IMG/VR virus record: IMGVR_UViG_3300036770_005052
Location: 80,423-144,422 of that record
From: a virus
Reading direction: 5' to 3' (one strand)
Length of the DNA stretch: 64,000 bases
A program made the translations under genes and the position numbers. A model generated the notes under the pieces. That model ran no database searches. It saw nothing but the letters and a program-made list of their open reading frames with translations, and was not told where the DNA came from. Position 1 is the first letter of the stretch. Each line of letters starts with the position of its first letter. Positions 28,241 through 37,861 of this stretch are shown in pieces.

Positions 28241-28525
28241 ATGAGTTTTTCTAAAACTGTTTCTGTTTTTGCTGCTCTTGCAAGTATCTTTGCTGCTGGT
28301 GCTACTGGTTGGAAACTTGCAGATTCACAAAAAGAAGTTCCTTTGAGTCCATTAGACCAAAAGGTTATGGAGTTGGAAAAGAAACTTGACCAAGCACAAC
28401 AACCCCAAGTTGTTCCAGAACCTGTAATTCTTCCTACCCCCCAACCTCAACTGCCTCAAACATCTCAAACCCCTCCTCCTCAACTGCCTCCTCCTGCTCC
28501 TGCTCCAGAAAATGTCACTCCTTGA
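28241..28525 (+). CDS. Membrane-anchored Pro/Gln-rich protein
   Basis: N-terminal hydrophobic helix, short coiled coil, PQ/PP-rich tail; likely start is the ATG at 28241. Confidence 0.6.
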   Translation: MSFSKTVSVFAALASIFAAGATGWKLADSQKEVPLSPLDQKVMELEKKLDQAQQPQVVPEPVILPTPQPQLPQTSQTPPPQLPPPAPAPENVTP

Positions 28526-29128
28526 TACTCTCAATTACCTTATACAAGACCAAGAAGGAGACCTTCAATGTTATGAATGGGATATTAGGGAAGAACTCAA
28601 TCACGAAGTTAATGATGTTGATTGGTATACTGAACAATACGACCTCACAAAACAAAGAATAGAAGACCTCAAACAAATCAAAATCATTATTGAAAATCAA
28701 TGAAAACCTACAATCTCACCATCACTGAAAAGCAGGCACGAGCACTTGTAGATGCTACTGATTTGCTTCAAAGAGTTCAATTGGGTCAGTGGAGGGAAAT
28801 TCAAGATAATCTTCCTCTTCAAAAACCAATTGATTATACAGAATTTCACCAGGATATGAAAATTATTGGAGCAATTCTATCCAAACATATGATTGATGGT
28901 ATTGATGGTGGTGCTTCCTCACTTGGAGTAGGACATCAAGACCTTCCAGAAAGTAATGGTATTCTTTATGACCTTCATCGGGTCATTCGCAGGAAACTTT
29001 CTGTGGAACGAGCAGTAGAGCAGGGTATTATTGAGAATGAAAATGTTTCCAGAAATGAAATGCCTATCACAGTGGATTTTGATTTACCTATGAAGTGGGG
29101 AACCGAACCACTTGCTAAACTGGAAAGG

Positions 29129-29184
29129 GTCAGTTGAGAAACTGGCACAGGGTATCTCCACAGGTGCCCTTTTTGCCGTATAAT
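29129..29184 (+). repeat. Intergenic element copy 2
   Basis: GTCAGTT-GAGA-AACTGGCACA-GGGTATCT-CCAC-AGGTGCCC-TTTTTGCCG-TATAAT. Confidence 0.9.
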
Positions 29185-30062
29185 AATTTCAGTTCAAACA
29201 AACCAATGGACGACCAACACACTCTCAACGTGCAGATCGCTGACACGCTTGAGAAGATCCAACACATCAATCCTGTGTTGTATGGTTTCTGGTATAGTAA
29301 GTTGTATCCTCCTCATGGCGACACCAAACACTGGACTACTGAAACTCTTGTCCATTTAAACAATCTTTTAAAATGATTAGAGCAATCCTTAATCAAGTTC
29401 CAGTTAAATATGGATCTTATACTGCTGAAGGTAACAAGATCCGCCGAACATTCTCCAACGGTTTCAGTTACATCGTAGAAGAATGTAACTCACCAGAGGA
29501 AGCACAACGCATCGTCAGTGATCTCAACTATCTTACAAGCAAATGACTGAAACCAAAACCTATCCCTACCTCAAATACATTCCTCATTTTGTTGCAATTC
29601 GGTTGATTGTGCTTGGTCCCTTTGCGATTGCACAAGCAACGGCAGAGTTCATCTCCAACTCTCTGGATAAATTTACATACAAACTTGATAAACTTCTTCC
29701 ATCACCTTATATTGAAAAGCAAGTAGAATGGGATCAGTTGCCCAAACAAAATCAAGAAGCGATTGAGTATCTTGCAAAAAAGCGTGATACTACCAAAGAA
29801 CGAATTCTTATTCAAACTGTGAAACCATGACTAAACAACTACCACAAAAAACACACGCAGAGACACTAATTAAGGTCACAGAAGAATACACTCTACGACC
29901 CAAAACAGGTGATCGTGCTCGTGTATGTATTGCTACTCTTCAATATCTACTGGACAACTTTGCTTACAATGTTGAGTATGATGCTGATGGTTGGGGTGGT
30001 TCTGTTAAATGTGTAGAAACTGAAGACATTGAACATCTTATTTACCAACTGCAAAAACTGAA

Positions 30063-30239
30063 ATGAACTACCTCTGCCTACTTGATGGTGTTGTAGAATA
30101 CGCCAGCACAGATCTCTACCAATTCAATCATTATCGTATGATGTATTACGAAGACCACAAAGATGCTGATGTAGAGTATCTTGTGCTAACTGATGAAGAG
30201 TATAATGCTATGTTCCCTGTAGAGGAGGATGAAGAATGA
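30063..30239 (+). CDS. Hypothetical protein, paralog of ORF ending at 31278 (not in ORF track)
   Basis: MNYLCLLDGVVEYASTDLYQFNHYRMMY..DH.DADVEYLVLTDE.YN.MFP.. Confidence 0.75.
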   Translation: MNYLCLLDGVVEYASTDLYQFNHYRMMYYEDHKDADVEYLVLTDEEYNAMFPVEEDEE

Positions 30240-30511
30240 GCGGCGGACACTTCAACGATTGCGGATACGAATACTATAATGTCTCACAGTTTGCTGATGA
30301 ACTTGAAGCAGAAGTTCGTAACAACTTTGAGAAGGATGAGTATGGTTATGCCTATGAGTATCCCCCAGAAGTTTGTGAGTATCTTTTAGAACAGGTGCCC
30401 AAAATGCGTAAGATGGCAGAGATTATGAGGGCGGTGGATTACTTATACAGCGGCGACCACGGTAGCGATAGTTTTATGGAAAGGGTGAAAGAAGTAGAAG
30501 AGAAATATAAG

Positions 30512-30567
30512 GACACTTGAAGAACTGGCACAGGGCATCTCCACAGGTGCCCTTTTTGCCTTATAAT
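30512..30567 (+). repeat. Intergenic element copy 3
   Basis: GACACTT-GAAG-AACTGGCACA-GGGCATCT-CCAC-AGGTGCCC-TTTTTG..TATAAT. Confidence 0.9.
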
Positions 30568-30589
30568 ACTCTTATAAGCAATCAAACCG

Positions 30590-30856
30590 ATGGACTACGA
30601 AACTGAAATCATAGATGGACGCAAAGCAGTTGTCCGTCATTTCTTCAAATCACACGAAATTCAAGTTGGTTCTCGTTGGGCACGGGCAGATGGTTCTAAA
30701 GGTTTTGTGACCGTTGAAGGTCTCAATTCTTATGGGAGCACAGACCCTTGGTATGAAGTAGTTTATTCTTGGGAAGAAAATGGTGTGAAGAAAATCTGGC
30801 AAAAAGAAACTTTTGCCTTTCAATGTCGTTATTGTTTGATTATTGAGGACACTTGA
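30590..30856 (+). CDS. Hypothetical protein, single-gene cassette between element copies 3 and 4
   Basis: 88 aa; its stop codon (EDT*) lies within element copy 4. Confidence 0.75.
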   Translation: MDYETEIIDGRKAVVRHFFKSHEIQVGSRWARADGSKGFVTVEGLNSYGSTDPWYEVVYSWEENGVKKIWQKETFAFQCRYCLIIEDT

Positions 30857-30903
30857 AGAACTGGCACAGGGCATCTCCACAGGTGCTCTTTTTGGTTTAT
30901 AAT
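30848..30903 (+). repeat. Intergenic element copy 4
   Basis: 40 nt identical to copy 3 (30847-30886 = 30511-30550). Confidence 0.9.
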
Positions 30904-31098
30904 ACTCTCATACACACAGACACCTGATGACTTTTCTATCTGGACTTGAAACTTACTTTCTGTTTTTTATTGGAGTTTATGCGGTAAATCAGGTTTGGAA
31001 TTTCTTTACAAAAGAACGAACCCAAATTCAAATCTTCACCGAAGCACTTCTTTGGGCAGGAGTTTGGATTGTTTTTGATAAAATCGTTGGTATTTGAA

Positions 31099-31278
31099 AT
31101 GTCTCTCAATTATTTGTGCCTTGTTGATGGTGTCGTAGAATACGGCAGTACAGACCTCAACCAATTCAATCATTATCGTATGTTGTATGCCGAAGACCAC
31201 CAAGATGCTGATGTAGAGTATCTTGTGCTGACTGATGAAGCATACAACGAAATGTTCCCTTGTGAGGATGAAGAATGA
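31099..31278 (+). CDS. Hypothetical protein, paralog of 30063-30239
   Basis: MSLNYLCLVDGVVEYGSTDLNQFNHYRMLYAEDHQDADVEYLVLTDEAYNEMFP. Confidence 0.75.
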   Translation: MSLNYLCLVDGVVEYGSTDLNQFNHYRMLYAEDHQDADVEYLVLTDEAYNEMFPCEDEE

Positions 31279-33173
31279 CTAACGAAGAACTCCCAGTATC
31301 AAACGAATTCATCACATTTGTGAGAATTCGACTTGACCACGAACAAAAACAACAATTCCGTCGTTATCTAAATCTCCATTATCTTGGTGATGTGAATTGT
31401 AATGAGTATGATGAGAATATGAAAATTGTTCCCAAATACCCAGAGAAAGAAACACAAGAGTTCAAAGATGCTATGTGGAGAGCAGATATGTCAGTAGATT
31501 ATCAAGTCAAAGTAGTTTATGATGTAAATGGTCAATGTAAATTGGAGTTGCTATGATTGACCTCAAAAGATATAAAATCACTATTACTGTCACCACAAGA
31601 GATAGTGCTTTTGATACAAAAATTGGAGACCCTATTTGGCATCTCCTTGATATTGAAAATGGAGAACGACTTGATAGTGTTTCTTTACCTGTTGAATTAC
31701 CTTTGATTAATTATGAATAAACTCTTTCAATACGATAAAAAAGTTTGGGAAAATGATGAAACTGACCGCACTTGGCAGTTCGGTGTCATCAACAATCGTT
31801 CATTACTTTGGGTGAATTATGAAAATCCCAGTAGTTTAGTTCATAGTAATGGTGGATTTCACATCATGCTCTCATTTCTTACTTCTTCTTCTCTTTTTGG
31901 AGTAGATTTTCAAGTTGGTAAGATTGGTTTGAGTTTTAACTTTTTCACAGAATACTTTGATGGGTGGGATGACTAATGTTTAACTTCAAAGAGGACTGGG
32001 AAGAACCAACTCGTAAGGCAATTCAAAAAATGCTGACTTATAAGGGATACATTCCATCCAAAGACCTCAACGAGTATCAGTATCAAACCTATCTTCAAGT
32101 AGCATCACCATACGAACTTGAAAAGGACATTATCACCGAAAAAACGATGCTTAAAGTAAATGATGAAGAATTATGATTAAAATCTATTGTGTGGTTGATA
32201 ATGTTGATTTGGGTTATCACGTTCTGTGTGCTTCCACTTCCAAGGATAAAGCACAAGTAGCATTAGATATAAAGATTAAACAAAAATATGATTATGCTAT
32301 TAAACAACAAGTGCTTCGTGGATTTGATTACGAGAAAGCAAAAGAAAAAGTAGATGAATGCTTCTGGACTCCTTATGAAATTATTGAGATTGAGGTGGAA
32401 GAATGAATAAGGACGCATACTACGACTGGATTGATGAAAACGACACATATCCAGAACATTCTCATAAGTGGATAGTGGGACTTTATAACAAATATGAAGG
32501 TGTAGAGGGACTTCATAGATACTTTGGAGTTTTTGAAACCAAAGAAGAAGCAAAAGTATTCGCAGCAGATTATAAAGACAAATATACAAAACCAGGATTT
32601 ATTTCAAGTATAAGAGTGTTCCCTTTGTGTGAGGTATTATGACCAACCCTGATTACCGAATTGAAGAATGCTTTGATTTTGATTGTATGACTACTTACTA
32701 TGTTATTCAAAGATATAATGTTGTTCAAGCAGAGTATGTTCTTCACTCAACAAAAAGATTTGGACAACTTATGCAAGCAAAAGAGGCAATTAGGATGTTA
32801 AGGAGATACAAAGAACCAATTTATCATTATATGGAGTGAGAAATGACAAAACTCTACAATCGTCCTATGAATTTCTTTGAGAAACTTTCTGCTGGGTATT
32901 ATTGGTTTGGTGAATGTTGGAGTGAGTGGTGCTATACTATGAGAAGTGAAGACGGAGAGTTCTTTAACTATCTTCAAAGTGATTATGTCCGTTATGAACA
33001 GGATATGTATTATGACTGATTGGTTGTCTGGTTTTAGAGAAGAAATCAAACAAATTAGAGAAGACAACAAACAAATTAGAAAGGAAGTTGAAAGATTGCG
33101 AAAAGAAAATGAAGCACTTCGTTCCATTACTCCTAAAAAATTATTAGAGATTGTGGAAAAATCTGTAAAGGAG

Positions 33174-33229
33174 GACACTTTCTAAACTGGCACAAGACCT
33201 CACCACAGACCCTGTGGATGCCCTATAAT
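33174..33229 (+). repeat. Intergenic element copy 5
   Basis: GACACTT-TCTA-AACTGGCACA...CCACAG-ACC-CTGTGG..TATAAT-ACTCTCATACACAAAGGAAC. Confidence 0.9.
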
Positions 33230-33536
33230 ACTCTCATACACAAAGGAACTCCAAATGCTTGATGCTTTTACTGATTATCCTATTCCATCTTATGGTGATG
33301 TTGCGGGAGAAAAAGCACCTATTCGTAGAGCAAAAATCTTGACCTACGATAGAAATAAGTATTGTGATGTGCTTGTCTATCAAGTAGATAAAGATGGAGA
33401 TTTGAGAGGAACTGTTGTTAATTTTAAGCAGTTTTATCTTTATAAAAATGAAGCACGACTTGATGATGGCATTCCATTCACTGATGAAGAACTGAAAACT
33501 CTTCCTTGGACTAAAATAAGTTCTCCTCATTCCATT

Positions 33537-33566
33537 TGATATAATGACCTCATACACAAAGGACTG
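33537..33566 (+). promoter_or_regulatory. Truncated element (extended -10 + leader only)
   Basis: TGATATAAT-GACCTCATACACAAAGGACTG-ATG; the TGA is the upstream stop. Confidence 0.7.
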
Positions 33567-34187
33567 ATGACTAACACCGCATACCAAATCTGGGAAACAT
33601 TCAAAGCAGAACTTACACAACCAGCAACAGATGATATGAAAGAAGCATTAGCATCTTCTATTCGTGTGATTTCTTCTCTCATTTATAGAGATGGAGTGCT
33701 TGCAGATGAACCTTGGCATTTTTATATTGCTCAAGAACTAAATGAATATGCTGATGAGGTGGAGGCACTATGACTGAAAGAGCACAACAGATTATGGATG
33801 TTTTCTATAAGGACGAAGATTTGGATGGTGATTTTATTCCAGATAAAATTGTTGTTGCGAATGTTCTTCGTAAATTGAATAGTATTTTTGCTGAAGAAGG
33901 ATATGGTGGTGATGAATTTTCTTGGCGTGTTTTTAGTGAAATTATTGATATAATTGATGAATTGGAGGCACTCTAATGATTTTAGATGAAGAAATCCGTG
34001 AACTTGCTAACACCTATGGGTTTGATAGACACATATGTAAAACAACACACGACATTTACTGGGAATGTGATGAAAAAGACTTCTTGAAGTTTGCCCGAGA
34101 ACTTTATGATGAGGGTTATACTAAAGGTTTTAAAGTAGGGCACGATGCTGGTTGGGAATTAAATGAAGAAGTATCACGCAGAGGATT

Positions 34188-34358
34188 ATGACTGAAAGAG
34201 CAAAAAAGATTATGAAAGCATACGAAGCAGAGGATACATACAACTTTCCAAATGATGGAGTTGCTGCTGCTCTCCGTAAGGTTGTAGAAGAACTCAAGTA
34301 TATCGGTATTACTGAAAAGAACATCCTTGAACTTGCTGATGAATTGGAGGCACTATGA
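34188..34358 (+). CDS. Hypothetical protein of the '...ADELEAL' family (not in ORF track)
   Basis: MTERAKKIMKAYEAED...AALRKVVEEL...ILELADELEAL; paralogs at 33567, 33770 and 50324. Confidence 0.7.
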   Translation: MTERAKKIMKAYEAEDTYNFPNDGVAAALRKVVEELKYIGITEKNILELADELEAL

Positions 34359-35601
34359 TTACTCTTGATACACTAAAAGATAGTGTTTATTCTCTTCATC
34401 TCACAATAGAGCAGGATGAACAAGTTATGGATATTATAGAAACTGCTTATCGTCTTGGATGTGAAAATGGGTATGATGAAGCAGGAAGAATATATGCTCC
34501 AATTATTGATAAACTTATGACTTCTGTGGAAGAACTGAAATGAAAAACTTTGATGAACTTGATTGGATAGTTTTGTCTGTATTCTTTATTATAATCGTTG
34601 CTGCTACTTCTATCACTTATAGTGAGCAACAACAACGAGCACTCTTTCAACAAACATACAATAAGAACTTGGAGTGTCGTCAAGCACTCAAAAATAATAC
34701 AAAAAGTTTTGTTAATGAGATTTGTGGTCCTATTCCTGTGATTGGAGATTTTGTGAAATGAACGATGAAAGTGTGATTGGAACAGTTTGTCTTGGTATTC
34801 TCGCAACTATTGGTGTTGCATTTCTTTTAGGCACTCGGTTTGGTTTTGATGATGGTGTTGTAGAAGGGAAGAATGAAGGTATTGTGTATTGTGTAGAGAA
34901 ACCCAAAGAGTGTAAGATTGCTTATGATTACCTGAAACTTCAAGAGAAACAGAAATGAACCAAATACTACAAGGTTGGAAAATGGTTCTCAAAGATTATC
35001 GGCACTGGAAAATGATACTCAAATATCCTTATGATGCTTTTGATTGTGCTGTTTTCTTTGGTAATCTTGCTCAACCACCAAACTCACTTGATGATTATAT
35101 CAAAGAATTGAAAGAACTTGACCCAGATTGGGAAAAAAATTATTATGATAATCTCTGGGTTCTTTATGATGATATTGGGGAACGAATGAACGAAACAGAT
35201 AAGTTGCTTGAAGAAGTTGATGAGGTATTGAAAAAATGACTAAATGCACCTGTTCTTACATCCAAATAGGATACAAAACCTCCAACACCAAAAACCTCAA
35301 TCCAGATTGCCCTCTTCACGGAACTGATAGTGTGTGGTATAATAGTCCAGAACAAGTCAAAAAAAGAGATGAAAGGTCTCAACGACTTCGGGAACTTTAT
35401 GATGCTGCTCGCAAAGCAAGGGAGAATATGAAAAATGACTAAATCCTACATTTCGTGCTACAATATGCCCTATAAAGACCTTCAAAACTTTGAGGTGCCC
35501 GATGCAGTTTATATCTACATTCGTCAGTTGGAAAACGAAATCATCAATCGTAATGGTGCCGTTCAACGACTTTATGATTTTAGGTTTGGTGAGAAACAGA
35601 A

Positions 35602-35805
35602 ATGATTGAAAACCTCTACGAACTACAAAGTAATGTAGAATGCTGGTGCCAAAAGTGTTGTGAGGAACAGACAGGGCATCAACATATGTTTAGAATGGTT
35701 CTGTGCCCTACTTGTGGTAATAAACGATGCCCCAAAGCAACCGATCATAGGTTAGAATGTAGTGGTAGTAATGAACCAGGACAGAAAGGGAGTGTGTATC
35801 AATGA
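35602..35805 (+). CDS. Small Cys-rich putative zinc-binding protein
   Basis: CWCQKC...CPTCGNKRCPKATDH..EC. Confidence 0.6.
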   Translation: MIENLYELQSNVECWCQKCCEEQTGHQHMFRMVLCPTCGNKRCPKATDHRLECSGSNEPGQKGSVYQ

Positions 35806-35977
35806 TTGAAATGAGAATTGTAGAACACGAACTGGGAATGAAACCAGATATTCAGTATCGTTTTGTGCTTTCTACTGCTGATGCTTCTGTTCCTTTTATG
35901 AATACATCTATGAACTTGATTATGCAAAATAGTTTTGTTTGGAGTGAATGGAAAACTGCCGAATGGGTAAAAGCAGA

Positions 35978-36033
35978 GACACTTGAAGAACTGGCACAGT
36001 AGGCATCCAGAGTGGTCTGTGATGCCTTATAAT
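35978..36033 (+). repeat. Intergenic element copy 6
   Basis: GACACTT-GAAG-AACTGGCACA-GT-AGGCATC...GATGCCT-TATAAT. Confidence 0.9.
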
Positions 36034-37439
36034 AATAGGACAAACAAAGGAACTCCAATGATTACTGATGAACAAATCCTTAAAATTGCCCGAGAACATC
36101 TTTATATTCTTACTTCTGTGAATGAATGGTGTGGTGAGGAGGGAGACCTCTTAAACTTTGCCCGAGCAATCTACGAAATCGGTAATGACAATGGTTGGCA
36201 AAGTCGTGAAGAAGCAGAATACTTCAACTCATCTTATCCAACTGGACTTGTAGGAGACCCACAATGAAACTTGTAGCAATTTTTCATCATCACTCTAACA
36301 ATCTTCCTATTGTGATGGAAGTATCTTCAACTGAAAAGTTTCGGGATTGTTGTGACACACTTCCAACTGACTGGGCACACCTGATGAATAAGGAAACTGG
36401 AGAAATTACATACACTTATAGAAACAACACTCGTACTGTTTCTCAACCAACTTTTACAATCTCACAAGAACAATCTATCAACCGAGTAGAACGATGATTA
36501 CTGACGAACAAATCCTCAAGCTTGCTAAAACCTGTGGATTTGATGATTTCTCACCCGAAGATAGAGTGTGTTGGGAATGTTGGGAAGAACAACTGATTGA
36601 GTTTGCCCAACAAATTCGTAAAGAAACAATCAACGAAATTCTTTCTGCCCTCAAAAATGTTCCTAATCCAGAAGCAAACCGAACAGCAATCAATCGTATT
36701 GAAATGGAGTTAAATTGATGATTGAAGTAAAGAAATCTTATGTTTTGGAATTGACTGAAACACAGGCAAGGGAACTCTACAAACTTCTACTATCCGCAAA
36801 ACATACTGAACACATAACTCACGATAATGAACTGGTGCTTGTCTATCACGAACTCAAAAAACTCTTTGATACGGGGATACGATGAATAAGTATCGTATCA
36901 AAAAAGAAACTTATGGTGATACTACAAGGTATTATCCACAAGAGAAATTTTTGTGGTGGTGGTATAATGTCTTTGCTTTTGATGTTTATTTTGATGGTGG
37001 ATATGATACTCTGGAAAAAGCACAGAAAAACTTGTGTATCTACTGTAGGGGAACTATGGTAGAATATATTAACTTTAACCCTAATGAGGATTGTAAATGA
37101 CTGCTGATTACAAACAACTTGCTCAAGAACTTTACAGGGTACTCAACAGATTTAGATGTTGGTCCCCAGAAATAGATGATGTTATCTCAAAATACGAATA
37201 CGCAACAACCAGAGGAACTGGACGAACCACTGCTCTCTATATGAAAGCAATCACAGAAGCACTTGAAAATCCTGGTAAGAGTGTGGAGTTTATTGACCAT
37301 TATCCTCATACTTTTCTTAGTGCTAAAAGTCACGGAAGCAATCTGGCAAATATTATTATTAAACTGGGATATGATATTGCGGTTACTGTTCCTTCTGGAG
37401 ATGGAAGAGTGTTTCTTTACAATAAGTTTGGACAATAAG

Positions 37440-37496
37440 GACACTTACTAAATTGGCACAAGGGCACTTGAAATCAGGTGCCTTTTGTCGCATAAT
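37440..37496 (+). repeat. Intergenic element copy 7 (TTGAAA-loop subtype)
   Basis: GACACTT-ACTA-AATTGGCACA-AGGGCAC-TTGAAATCAG-GTGCCTTTT..CATAAT. Confidence 0.9.
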
Positions 37497-37519
37497 ACTT
37501 CTATACACACAGAAGACTG

Positions 37520-37813
37520 ATGACTGCTGAACGCATTACAATCAAAGAAAGCAAAGATTTTTGTTACTATGGTGAGTTTTATGGTTCAATAGACAAAATC
37601 ATTTCCACACTCCAAAGGTGCAAAGAACAGGGTTGGGAAGGTATTGATTATGATTATGATTATGGGAATGGAGGAAAAGACTACTATGTCTACAAAACCC
37701 GACTTGAAAATGATGAAGAGTATGAAAAGAGAGTGAAACAAGAAGAGCAACAAAAAGAAAATCGTCGTAAACAATATGAACAACTCAAAAAGGAGTTTGG
37801 TAAGGACACTTGA
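37520..37813 (+). CDS. Hypothetical protein, single-gene cassette between copies 7 and 8
   Basis: 97 aa; ends KDT* inside copy 8. Confidence 0.75.
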   Translation: MTAERITIKESKDFCYYGEFYGSIDKIISTLQRCKEQGWEGIDYDYDYGNGGKDYYVYKTRLENDEEYEKRVKQEEQQKENRRKQYEQLKKEFGKDT

Positions 37814-37861
37814 AGAACCGTCACAAGGGCACTTGAAATCAGGTGCCTTTTGTTGTATAAT
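37805..37861 (+). repeat. Intergenic element copy 8 (TTGAAA-loop subtype)
   Basis: GACACTT-GAAG-AACCGTCACA; TTGAAA (37833-38), 17 nt, TATAAT (37856-61). Confidence 0.9.

Noticed and set aside
37097-37438. P-loop NTPase call from 'RGTGRTT'
   Set aside because: The protein is only 113 aa with Arg instead of Lys and no clear Walker B; insufficient support.
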